IMG/VR virus record: IMGVR_UViG_3300012663_000119
Coordinates: 1-29,103 of that record
Direction: 5' to 3' (one strand)
Source: a virus
Lineage: Duplodnaviria > Caudoviricetes
Length of the DNA stretch: 29,103 bases
Shown one piece after another: positions 1 to 7,567 of this stretch. Position 1 is the first letter of the stretch; each line of letters starts with the position of its first letter. The position numbers were made by a program, and so were the translations under genes. The notes under the pieces were generated by a model. The model made no database searches. It worked only from the letters and a program-made list of their open reading frames with translations, and had not been told where the DNA came from.

Positions 1-128
1 CGCTTATATGTACCTAAAACACGTCAAGAGATTAGAATAGAATATAAACTAAAACGAGATACGTTAAGACTTGAAAAGGTTAAAATTCGCAAAGAATACC
101 GAGTTAAAACAAAGCCTTTTCCATACTC
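1..128 (+). repeat. Imperfect terminal direct repeat, left copy
   Basis: Aligns without gaps to 28976-29103; 20 mismatches in 128 nt by manual count. Confidence 0.95.
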
Positions 129-201
129 ACTTTTATTTATTGTTATAGGTTTAATTTGTATTACGATTATTTCGTTTATCTTTAAGCCAAAAATGATATG
201 A
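1..201 (+). CDS. C-terminal part of predicted unimolecular spanin (continues from the ORF starting at 28727 across the contig junction)
   Basis: Frame 1 is open to TGA at 199-201: RLYVPKT...KPFPY then hydrophobic SLLFIVIGLICITIISFIF and KPKMI. It overlaps the contig end in frame. Confidence 0.7.
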   Translation, partial: RLYVPKTRQEIRIEYKLKRDTLRLEKVKIRKEYRVKTKPFPYSLLFIVIGLICITIISFIFKPKMI

Positions 202-647
202 ATTTAAGTAGACACGTAACAATTCAAGAGTTTAGCTATTCGCCTACTGCAATAAAGAAAGGCATTCACAACGTAATGAATAGCACACAAGTTAACAATG
301 CTATCCAACTATGCGAGAATGTATTTGAACCTATTAGAAAGCATTTAAACGCACCAATTAAAATAAGTAGTGGTTTTAGATGCAATCAGCTTAATAAGTT
401 GATAGGCGGTGCGAGTGTAAGCCAACACACAAAAGGCGAAGCATTCGATTTAGAACTGACAGATAGAAAGTTATTCGACTGGATAATTAAGAACGTAGAA
501 TTTGACCAAGCTATCTACGAATTTGGTAACGATACACACGCTAATTGGTTTCACATATCTTATCGTAAAGGTAACAATAGAAAACAAGCATTAAGAGCAA
601 TTAAAATCGGTGGTAAAACACAATACATTCCTTACAAGCCACTTTAA
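198..647 (+). CDS. Endolysin, peptidase M15A family (Zn peptidase)
   Basis: ISSGFRC..LN..IGGA..SQH..GEAFD and WFHISY motifs; ATGA overlap with the spanin gene. Confidence 0.9.
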   Translation: MNLSRHVTIQEFSYSPTAIKKGIHNVMNSTQVNNAIQLCENVFEPIRKHLNAPIKISSGFRCNQLNKLIGGASVSQHTKGEAFDLELTDRKLFDWIIKNVEFDQAIYEFGNDTHANWFHISYRKGNNRKQALRAIKIGGKTQYIPYKPL

Positions 648-660
648 TAGTGGTTTTTTT
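636..660 (+). terminator. Intrinsic terminator after endolysin
   Basis: AAGCCACT-TTAAT-AGTGGTTT stem followed by a T run. Confidence 0.7.
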
Positions 661-679
661 ATTCACTTAATTTTTATTT

Positions 680-1456
680 ATGAGAAAGAGATTGTTTTTT
701 GACATCGAAACATCGTTTAATATTGGAATATTTTGGCGAAGTGGTTACAACTTAAACATCCAACCAGACGACATTATTAAAGAGCGTGCTATTATTTGTG
801 TAAGTTGGAAGTGGGAAGGCAAAGACGAAGTGCATCATTTAACGTGGGACAAAAACCAATGCGACAAGAAACTACTTAAAGACTTCATTAAGATATTAAA
901 TCAAGCAGATGAAATTGTTGCTCACAATGGAGACCGATTCGATATAAAATGGTTGCGTACACGTTGCTTGTTGCACCAGATTGATATGTTTCCACAATAC
1001 CAAACAATAGATACGCTTAAACACGCTAAAAGTCAGTTTAATTTCAATTCTAATAAGTTAGATTACATTGCTAAGTTTCTTGGAGTTGGTGCAAAGTTGA
1101 AACACGAAGGTATGGATATGTGGAAAGCAATCATTTTCAACAAAGATGCTAAAGCACTTGAACGGATGGTTGAGTACTGCGATATGGATGTTAAAGTACT
1201 GGAGAAAGTTTACGAAAGATTAGCACCATACACAAAACACAAAGTTAATTATGCAGTTTTACGAGGTGGCGAAAAGTTCGAATGTCCGAATTGTGGCAAG
1301 TTACCACATTACAAAAGTATGTACACGACTTCTGCTGGAACTATTCAACACAGAATGCAATGCTCAGACAGACAAGTATGCAATAAAAAGTTTACTATAA
1401 ACAACAAAACTTATATGGATTTTATTCAATTTAAGTTGCGTAATAACATAAATTAA
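680..1456 (+). CDS. RNase H-like (DnaQ/YprB-type) 3'-5' exonuclease with C-terminal Zn ribbon
   Basis: FFDIET, AHNGDRFD and YCDMDV DEDD-type motifs; CPNC...C....C at the C-terminus. Confidence 0.85.
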   Translation: MRKRLFFDIETSFNIGIFWRSGYNLNIQPDDIIKERAIICVSWKWEGKDEVHHLTWDKNQCDKKLLKDFIKILNQADEIVAHNGDRFDIKWLRTRCLLHQIDMFPQYQTIDTLKHAKSQFNFNSNKLDYIAKFLGVGAKLKHEGMDMWKAIIFNKDAKALERMVEYCDMDVKVLEKVYERLAPYTKHKVNYAVLRGGEKFECPNCGKLPHYKSMYTTSAGTIQHRMQCSDRQVCNKKFTINNKTYMDFIQFKLRNNIN

Positions 1457-1465
1457 TTATATTTG
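1436..1465 (+). promoter_or_regulatory. Bacteroidota housekeeping-sigma promoter driving a short non-coding transcript
   Basis: TTG (1436-38), 19 nt spacer, TATATTTG (1458-65). Confidence 0.75.
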
Positions 1466-1469
1466 CACT

Positions 1470-1550
1470 GAATTCGCTTTTGGACACGTGAGTTTTTCAT
1501 AGTTTTTTAGTTTAAATTGTTAGAAGTGGGGAGAAATCCTCACTTTTTTT
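1470..1550 (+). ncRNA. Candidate ~80 nt sRNA with a U-rich seed antisense to translation-initiation regions
   Basis: Lies between a consensus promoter and a strong terminator; no ATG on +; weak 5' hairpin, then TTTCATAGTTTTTTAGTTTAAATTGTTAG. Confidence 0.6.
1524..1550 (+). terminator. Intrinsic terminator with GAAA tetraloop
   Basis: AAGTGGGGA-GAAA-TCCTCACTT followed by a T run. Confidence 0.85.
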
Positions 1551-1625
1551 GCTTTATACCACTCTCTGAAACCCCCATAAACATTGGGAAACTAAAAATA
1601 ATTTAAAAATAATTGTTAAAAAGTA

Positions 1626-1655
1626 TTGCAGATATAAACATTATACTTAGATTTG
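1626..1655 (+). promoter_or_regulatory. Early host-sigma promoter
   Basis: TTG (1626-28), 19 nt spacer, TAGATTTG (1648-55), with an AT-rich upstream tract. Confidence 0.75.
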
Positions 1656-1684
1656 TCAAACAAAACAATTAAAAAATAGAAATT

Positions 1685-1876
1685 ATGACAATTCAAGACA
1701 AAGCATACCAACTAATGACAATCAAAGCTGACTTGTTAGAAGTAACTTTAGGAGAACGTACAAATGTAGAAACAATAAAAGAAGGTAAAACTTCATTTTC
1801 TTACAAAGTATGGTTTTGTAATTCAAATAATAAAATTCAAACAAGAAATATTAATGTATCTGTAAAAGGGTATTAA
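1685..1876 (+). CDS. Hypothetical early protein
   Basis: ORF with an A-rich leader directly after the promoter. Confidence 0.65.
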   Translation: MTIQDKAYQLMTIKADLLEVTLGERTNVETIKEGKTSFSYKVWFCNSNNKIQTRNINVSVKGY

Positions 1877-1927
1877 AAAAACAAGGGGTGCGACTTGACA
1901 ACGCACATTAACTTTAAACTTTAAGAT

Positions 1928-2110
1928 ATGAAAACATTACACAACACATTTAACCCTAATTACAAACCTACTCAAATAGAGAATGAGTACGTACCAAGAG
2001 TTAACCACATAAACGATGTGATACGCAAACAATTTTTTACTACGTTTGACGAGCAACGATTAAACAGAATTCGCCAAATTAAGTTAAACAATTTAAACGA
2101 GAAACGATGA
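1928..2110 (+). CDS. Hypothetical protein
   Basis: ORF with ATGA overlap to the next gene. Confidence 0.65.
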   Translation: MKTLHNTFNPNYKPTQIENEYVPRVNHINDVIRKQFFTTFDEQRLNRIRQIKLNNLNEKR

Positions 2111-2322
2111 ACTATAAACTACAAGAAAAGGCAAACGATTTAATGGAGTTGCATAAAGAAATGAATTACAGAATTTGGAAACTTGAAGCATTTACAAAAT
2201 CTTTAGACTTGTTCACTGAATTACAAGCAAAGCACTTAAACAGAATTGACACTTGCAAACGTGGACTTGAAAGAATTGAACAAGCATATATCAAAGTATT
2301 AACCGAAATTTTAGCAGTATGA
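2107..2322 (+). CDS. Hypothetical helical protein
   Basis: Translationally coupled ORF. Confidence 0.65.
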   Translation: MNYKLQEKANDLMELHKEMNYRIWKLEAFTKSLDLFTELQAKHLNRIDTCKRGLERIEQAYIKVLTEILAV

Positions 2323-2519
2323 AAGCAGAAGAAAAAGCGAGAGAGTTAGTAGAAAAATATCATTTTATATTAACACAATTATTAGAATCTGAAGATAAAG
2401 CAAAGCAATGTGCATTGATAGCAGTTGATGAGATAATTTTACATAGTGAACATTGGGAAATTTATTATTGGGAAGAAGTTAAAAATCAAATTAAAAGCTA
2501 TGATAGAAGTACAATGTAA
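2319..2519 (+). CDS. Small phage hypothetical protein (EKARELVEKY...AKQCALIAVDEI...YWEEVK type)
   Basis: Coupled ORF; motif pattern I recall from Bacteroidota phage early genes. Confidence 0.7.
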   Translation: MKAEEKARELVEKYHFILTQLLESEDKAKQCALIAVDEIILHSEHWEIYYWEEVKNQIKSYDRSTM

Positions 2520-2658
2520 ACAATGCGAAGGAAAAGGCAGGATAGAAGTATCTGCTGATTGTTGGCAACCAGCTTGGAATTGTTGCGGTGGATGTACAGA
2601 AATTGTTGAATGCCCAGAATGTGAGGGAAGCGGAGAAGTAGAAGAATACGAATTTTAA
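2500..2658 (+). CDS. Small DnaJ-type zinc-finger protein (52 aa; ATG at 2500 preferred over 2446)
   Basis: CKQCEGKG and CPECEGSG CxxCxGxG repeats plus a central CCGGC. Confidence 0.7.
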   Translation: MIEVQCKQCEGKGRIEVSADCWQPAWNCCGGCTEIVECPECEGSGEVEEYEF

Positions 2659-2669
2659 AAATAAACAAA

Positions 2670-2858
2670 ATGGAAATAGATAGAATAGTATTAAACGTAA
2701 TTAAGAAGTTTGAGAAACGTGCAGACGATGGTTTAAAGAAGTACGGAGTAACACTTGAAAGAACCGATTTAAGCACGTTAGATTGGATTGAACACGCACA
2801 AGATGAGTTAATGGATGGAATACTTTATTTGGAACGCTTAAAACAAGATTTAAAATGA
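2670..2858 (+). CDS. Conserved small phage protein, possibly all-alpha NTP-pyrophosphatase-like
   Basis: R...G..KYG.TL.R.DL...W..HAQDELMD..LY pattern. Confidence 0.65.
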   Translation: MEIDRIVLNVIKKFEKRADDGLKKYGVTLERTDLSTLDWIEHAQDELMDGILYLERLKQDLK

Positions 2859-3079
2859 AACAATTAGCAGTAGAATGGTTATTAGATAATCTTATATCAG
2901 AACCATATTCAGAAGAAGATTTTAAATACAATAAAGAGTGTTGGGATAAAGCCAGAGAAATGGAAAAACAACAGATTATTGATGCTTGGAATAAAAAATG
3001 CAAAATTGACGGAGTTTTAACATTTACAGATAATAGAACAGACGAAGAATATTACAACGAAACATTTAAACAACAATAA
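2855..3079 (+). CDS. Hypothetical protein (MKQ.AVEWL...AREMEKQQIIDA...YYNETF type)
   Basis: Coupled ORF with a recognisable phage small-gene pattern. Confidence 0.7.
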   Translation: MKQLAVEWLLDNLISEPYSEEDFKYNKECWDKAREMEKQQIIDAWNKKCKIDGVLTFTDNRTDEEYYNETFKQQ

Positions 3080-3080
3080 A

Positions 3081-3467
3081 ATGAATTTAATTAAGATTAC
3101 AGAATTAATAGAAAGATACGAGTTGAATACACCATCCCGTAAACGTGAAAAGGTTTACATAAGAAGTGTGCTTTATCATTTTCTACGCAACAACAGAATG
3201 ACGTTAGATAGAATCGGTAAAATGTTTGGAAAAGGACACGCTACAATTTTACATGGCTTGGAATGTTACGATAGAAACAAAAACTATCCAGACTTTAAAG
3301 AGTTAATTGAGTTAGTTGAAAACGAGTTAGAAGTTTCTTGCATTGATATACCAGACGAAGAAAAATTGCAGCTAACAGAAGCGGAATTGGATATATTAGA
3401 AGCTAATTCATTGCAGGACTTTTGGCAGATTAAAAATAATTTGATAAAAAAGTTATCAATTAAATAA
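3081..3467 (+). CDS. DnaA C-terminal (domain IV)-like HTH DNA-binding protein
   Basis: SRKRE.V..R...Y......TL..IGKMFGKGHATILHG resembles the DnaA signature (SL.EIG..FG.RDHTTV.HA). Confidence 0.8.
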   Translation: MNLIKITELIERYELNTPSRKREKVYIRSVLYHFLRNNRMTLDRIGKMFGKGHATILHGLECYDRNKNYPDFKELIELVENELEVSCIDIPDEEKLQLTEAELDILEANSLQDFWQIKNNLIKKLSIK

Positions 3468-3474
3468 AAATGTT

Positions 3475-3482
3475 TATATTTG
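3475..3482 (+). promoter_or_regulatory. Host-sigma -7 element before the recombination operon
   Basis: Intergenic TATATTTG; the -33 element is weak (TTA at 3453). Confidence 0.65.
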
Positions 3483-3513
3483 TATACGTTATTAACAATT
3501 AAAAACTAAGAAA

Positions 3514-4020
3514 ATGAAAAATCTATTTAAAAGTTTAGCAGAATTTCAACAAGAAGTTCCAGTAATTCACAAAGCAACACAAGGTTATGGTTATACATTT
3601 GCAGATTTGCCAAAAATATTTAGCGTAATTAATCCACTATTAAAAAAGCACGGATTGGGATTTACGCAATTAATCGAAAACGAAAATTTAACTACTATTT
3701 TGTTTCACGTAGAATCTGGAGAAACAATAGAAAGTAAAATGGCATTGCTTAAAGATGTATCGCTTAAAGGAATGAATGAGTTTCAAGTCTATGGTTCGCA
3801 ATTAACTTATTTTAGACGTTACGCATTGAGTTCTATTTTAGGTATCGTTACAGACAAAGATACGGATGCTGGTGGAGAACAAGTAAAGAAAGTTAAAACA
3901 ATCACAGATGAACGTTTTAATAAAGCAATTGAAGCAATAGGCAAAGGACTTGCAAAGAAAGAAGATTTACTTCAATTTGAATTAACTGAATCACAAAAAT
4001 TAACATTTGCAACGCTATGA
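3514..4020 (+). CDS. erf: ERF-family ssDNA annealing protein
   Basis: Y.FADL..I...I.PLL.KHGL.F.Q, H.ESGE and GSQLTYFRRYAL..ILGI..D.D.D motifs. Confidence 0.9.
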   Translation: MKNLFKSLAEFQQEVPVIHKATQGYGYTFADLPKIFSVINPLLKKHGLGFTQLIENENLTTILFHVESGETIESKMALLKDVSLKGMNEFQVYGSQLTYFRRYALSSILGIVTDKDTDAGGEQVKKVKTITDERFNKAIEAIGKGLAKKEDLLQFELTESQKLTFATL

Positions 4021-4700
4021 GTTTATTATTTAGATGTTCGCAGTTAGGCAATTTAATGACAGAATCTCGTACAAAAAGCGAGGTTTTATCTGCCACTGCA
4101 AAGACGCTTGTCGAAGATATGTTTAGAGAAAAAGAACTTGGCATATACAAAGAATTTAGTTCACGCTACACAGATAAAGGAAATCAAAACGAAGATTTAG
4201 CTATTGAGTTAGCATCTGAAGTATTGGATTGGAATTGGATTTTAAAGAACGAAGAAAAGTTTAAAAATGATTACATTGTAGGTACACCAGATTTGGTTAA
4301 TGACACTTTACTTGCTGATATAAAATGTAGTTGGAGTGGTGCAACGTTTCCGATGTTTGACAAAGAATTAAAAAATAAAGCGTACTACTGGCAATTGCAA
4401 GGATATATGATGCTTACTGGACACAAACAAGCTGAATTAGTTTATTGTCTTACAAACACACCATTTGACATTGTAGAAAGTGAAGTACGTAAAGAGCATT
4501 GGAAGTTGAATCTAATCGAAGAAGATTTACTGGTGCGTGAAGCGGTGCAAAGTTTACACAATTTCGACCACATACCAAACGATTTAAGAGTCAAACGATT
4601 TATTGTAGAATACAACGAAGCGGACATTGAAAAATTAAAGCAAAGAATTGAAGTTGCACGTGAGTATTATCAAGAATTATTATTAATTTTAAACAAATAA
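4017..4700 (+). CDS. YqaJ/lambda-exonuclease-like recombination nuclease
   Basis: KG..NE..A, GTPD, DIKCSW and YYWQLQGYM motifs; coupled to ERF. Confidence 0.85.
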   Translation: MSLLFRCSQLGNLMTESRTKSEVLSATAKTLVEDMFREKELGIYKEFSSRYTDKGNQNEDLAIELASEVLDWNWILKNEEKFKNDYIVGTPDLVNDTLLADIKCSWSGATFPMFDKELKNKAYYWQLQGYMMLTGHKQAELVYCLTNTPFDIVESEVRKEHWKLNLIEEDLLVREAVQSLHNFDHIPNDLRVKRFIVEYNEADIEKLKQRIEVAREYYQELLLILNK

Positions 4701-4712
4701 AAACAAAGTAAA

Positions 4713-5018
4713 ATGAGTACACTTATCAACGCATCAATTGATGTAACAAAAATCGACAAAAGCAAGTTATACAACGGAAAGTATTTAAACTTGACAATTT
4801 CAATCAATGATTCAACAGACCAATACGGAAACAACGTAGGGTTAACAGAATCGCAAACAAAAGAAGAGCGTGATTTAAAGACTTCTAAGCGTTATATTGG
4901 TAACGGCAAAGTAGTTTATACCAATGGAGATGTAAAAGTAGCTGAAAAGCAAGAAAAACCACTTCAAACGGCATCGCAGAAGTTTGCACAACAAGAACAA
5001 GACGATTTACCATTTTAA
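4713..5018 (+). CDS. Probable single-stranded DNA-binding protein
   Basis: Small beta-rich protein with acidic C-terminal DDLPF tail, in the recombination operon. Confidence 0.7.
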   Translation: MSTLINASIDVTKIDKSKLYNGKYLNLTISINDSTDQYGNNVGLTESQTKEERDLKTSKRYIGNGKVVYTNGDVKVAEKQEKPLQTASQKFAQQEQDDLPF

Positions 5019-5068
5019 TTTTCTCCTTTTCGGTGGGTGGTTAAACCGATATTTTTAAACTAAAAACT

Positions 5069-5251
5069 ATGGAGCAGTACGTAATTTTATATTGGTTATC
5101 AAACGGTAAACCAGACCGAGTTATAGTAAGTGCAGAAAGCAAAGCAGAAGCATTGAAAGAAGCAGACAAGCACCCAAGCATTATTTACTATTGTGATACT
5201 ATGGATAATTGGATTCAGTTTTGCGAAGATAGGAGAGGGAATTTTAAATAA
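5069..5251 (+). CDS. Hypothetical protein
   Basis: ORF with an A-rich leader. Confidence 0.65.
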   Translation: MEQYVILYWLSNGKPDRVIVSAESKAEALKEADKHPSIIYYCDTMDNWIQFCEDRRGNFK

Positions 5252-5281
5252 GGGTATAACCTTAAAATAAAATAAAAATTT

Positions 5282-5455
5282 ATGAAAGCATATATTGAAA
5301 AATACGGAGTTAAATACTCAATAGAAACAGATTGCGATGATGAAGATGTATTTGAATTTACACGTAACATATATAATTTAATGTTATGTGTAGGATTTCA
5401 CAAAGATAATATCATTGAAGGATTAAAAAATATTATAGAAGAAAAACCATTTTAA
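5282..5455 (+). CDS. Hypothetical 57-aa protein, absent from the ORF track
   Basis: MKAYIEKYGVKYSIETDCDDEDVFEF...IIEEKPF; fills the gap and has an A-rich leader. Confidence 0.65.
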   Translation: MKAYIEKYGVKYSIETDCDDEDVFEFTRNIYNLMLCVGFHKDNIIEGLKNIIEEKPF

Positions 5456-5464
5456 TACTAAACG

Positions 5465-5743
5465 ATGACAACTAAACAACAAAAAGACTTGAACTTGACC
5501 TTAGCGTTAAGTGTACAGATGCAGTCAATGTTGCACACGTTAGACAAACTTTCGCACGAACCAATCTACAAACGAGAGTTTAAACAACGATGTGAGAACT
5601 TTTATTCGTGGCTTGAAAAGATTGTTGAGCCAATGACAGAAAAATTATCAGACGATGGCAGATATAGATGGGCAGACATTGTTAACGAATTAGATAAAAT
5701 TGTTGATAAGATAAAGCTATTTGATGATGAGATAGTGAAATAA
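5465..5743 (+). CDS. Hypothetical protein
   Basis: ORF in the operon. Confidence 0.65.
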   Translation: MTTKQQKDLNLTLALSVQMQSMLHTLDKLSHEPIYKREFKQRCENFYSWLEKIVEPMTEKLSDDGRYRWADIVNELDKIVDKIKLFDDEIVK

Positions 5744-5747
5744 TTGT

Positions 5748-5850
5748 TATATTTGCAGTAGTTCGTTCCGACATTATAGAACATTAAGAAATTATTTACC
5801 CTGTAAATGAAGTAAGAGGTCGGAGCCTTACGGATTTTATGGGGTTTTTT
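5748..5850 (+). promoter_or_regulatory. Promoter -7 box plus structured 5' leader (terminator hairpin with loop-loop pairing) of the replication operon
   Basis: TATATTTG at 5748-55; two hairpins whose loops GTTCCGAC and GTCGGAGC are complementary; T run at 5845-50. Confidence 0.7.
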
Positions 5851-5864
5851 ATTAAACAAAAAAT

Positions 5865-6509
5865 ATGAGCGGTTGGATTAAATTACACAGACAAATAACT
5901 GATTGGGAGTGGTACGATGACCATAATACATTTAGATTGTTTATGCACTTACTTTTAAAAGCTAATCACAAAGAGCGAAATTATAGAGGGGTTAAAATTG
6001 AAGTCGGTTGCATAATGACTGGTAGAGAATTGTTATCTAAAGAAACTGGCTTATCAGTTCAGCAAATTAGAACGTGTTTAGAACGTCTAAAATCAACCAA
6101 CGAAATAACCGTCAAATCAAATAAGCAAGGTACTATAATTCAAGTAGTTAAGTATAAAGATTATCAAGTAACAACCAACGAATCAACCACAAATCAACCA
6201 ACAAGTAACCAACAAGTAACCACTAACAAGAATGTAAAGAAAGAAAAGAATGATAATAATACATTTACACCGCCTTCGGCTTTTGATGTTTTAGACTATT
6301 GTAAAGAAAGAAAAAACTATGTTGATGCTGAAACATTTATTGCATTTTATCAATCAAAAGGTTGGATGGTTGGTAGAAACAAAATGAAAGATTGGAAGGC
6401 TTGTGTGCGTACTTGGGAAAAAAGTAGTTTAGGCCAAATTAAACAACAAGAACCAATTGAAGATAAATATATGAATCACGTAATGAAACAAATAAACTTA
6501 AATAAATAA
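5865..6509 (+). CDS. Phage replication initiator (lambda O / DnaD-like organisation)
   Basis: GWIKLHR.I.DWEWY N-terminal wHTH, low-complexity T/N/Q linker, and F..P....V..YC...F..FY.SKGW.VG..KMKDWKA.VRTW C-domain. Confidence 0.85.
   Translation: MSGWIKLHRQITDWEWYDDHNTFRLFMHLLLKANHKERNYRGVKIEVGCIMTGRELLSKETGLSVQQIRTCLERLKSTNEITVKSNKQGTIIQVVKYKDYQVTTNESTTNQPTSNQQVTTNKNVKKEKNDNNTFTPPSAFDVLDYCKERKNYVDAETFIAFYQSKGWMVGRNKMKDWKACVRTWEKSSLGQIKQQEPIEDKYMNHVMKQINLNK
6173..6225 (+). repeat. Iteron-like repeats; probable replication origin inside the initiator gene
   Basis: AACCA cores at 6173, 6185, 6196, 6207 and 6218 (11-12 bp period), followed by an A-rich tract. Confidence 0.65.
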
Positions 6510-6512
6510 ATT

Positions 6513-6779
6513 ATGAATATTTTAGAAAAAGCAAATGAGATTGTTAATTTACGATCAGAAGAAAAATCAAGAATGTACGGTGATTTTCATTTATCAATGG
6601 AAAAAACATCAAATTTAGCCTCTATAATGTCTAATAAAGATATTAGTATAAATGATTGCTATAATGTTTTAATTGCATTAAAATTAGCAAGACAAGCAAA
6701 TAACCATAAAGAAGATAATTTACTTGATGCTGTTGCTTATATTGGTTCTTTAAATGATTTTTTAAATAAAAATAAATAA
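6513..6779 (+). CDS. DUF6378-like all-alpha protein, putative nucleotide pyrophosphohydrolase-related
   Basis: IL..A..IV......R.YG.F, LKLAR and H..DN..D..AY pattern. Confidence 0.7.
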   Translation: MNILEKANEIVNLRSEEKSRMYGDFHLSMEKTSNLASIMSNKDISINDCYNVLIALKLARQANNHKEDNLLDAVAYIGSLNDFLNKNK

Positions 6780-6780
6780 A

Positions 6781-7563
6781 ATGAATAAATTTGAAACACA
6801 ATACTCTGATATTATAAATCAAGTATGCAAAAAAGGTAGTAAAGTAATTGGTAGGAATGGTAAGACTAGACAAATAACTGGGGCGCAAATTAGAGCAAAT
6901 TTACAAGATGGATTTCCATTAGTAACAGGCAAACAAATATTTCCAAAAAGTGTAGCTATTGAGTTAGAATGGATGTTAAAGGGCTTTACAAATGTAAAAT
7001 ACTTAAATTCTAGAGGAGTAAAAATATGGAATCAATGGGCAGATGAGAATGGAGATCTTGGGCCAGTTTATGGCCATCAAATATTGTCTTTTAATGGCTT
7101 AAATCAAATCGAGATATTAATTAATGAATTTAAACAAAATAAATTTAGTCGTCGGCTATTAATAAATATGTGGAATGTAAATGATTTACATAAAATGAAA
7201 TTACCTCCATGTCATTATTCTTTTCAATTTGTTACGGACATTAATAATTTTGTTGATATAGTTGTGAGTATGCGATCATTAGATTTATTTATTGGGTTAC
7301 CTTACGATATGGCAATGTATTCTTTAATATTAAGTTCATTTGCAAAAGAATTTAATTTAATTGCAAGAGAAGTAATAATAAATGCGGCTAATGCTCATAT
7401 TTATGAGGAACATATTGGGGCAGCTTCAATTTATTCGTTAAGAACAAAATTTGAGCTACCAAAATTAAAAAGCACTTCTATATTTACAAATTTTAATTCG
7501 GAAGATGTAGAAATAATAAATTATAAATATCAAGAAAGAATTGTAGTATCTGTAAAAAAATAA
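6781..7563 (+). CDS. thyA: Thymidylate synthase homolog with Asn-to-Asp substitution at the specificity site (possible dCMP methylase/hydroxymethylase)
   Basis: FPLVT.K, IW..WA...GDLGPVYG.Q, SRR, LPPCH, RS.D.FIGLPYD and HIY..H motifs. Confidence 0.9.
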   Translation: MNKFETQYSDIINQVCKKGSKVIGRNGKTRQITGAQIRANLQDGFPLVTGKQIFPKSVAIELEWMLKGFTNVKYLNSRGVKIWNQWADENGDLGPVYGHQILSFNGLNQIEILINEFKQNKFSRRLLINMWNVNDLHKMKLPPCHYSFQFVTDINNFVDIVVSMRSLDLFIGLPYDMAMYSLILSSFAKEFNLIAREVIINAANAHIYEEHIGAASIYSLRTKFELPKLKSTSIFTNFNSEDVEIINYKYQERIVVSVKK

Positions 7564-7567
7564 AATT

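Noticed and set aside
1453-1500. Minus-strand 15-aa ORF MKNSRVQKRIQCKYN as a type I toxin
   Set aside because: Not hydrophobic, and no minus-strand promoter is seen upstream; promoter and terminator both point in the + direction. Kept only as an alternative to the sRNA reading.
1572-1589. CCCCCATAAACATTGGG as an att, dif or packaging site
   Set aside because: Only a 4-bp inverted repeat, single copy, and no recombinase gene; cannot be supported.
5030-5049. TCGGT...ACCGA hairpin as a terminator
   Set aside because: Five-bp stem with a 10-nt loop and no immediately adjacent U run.
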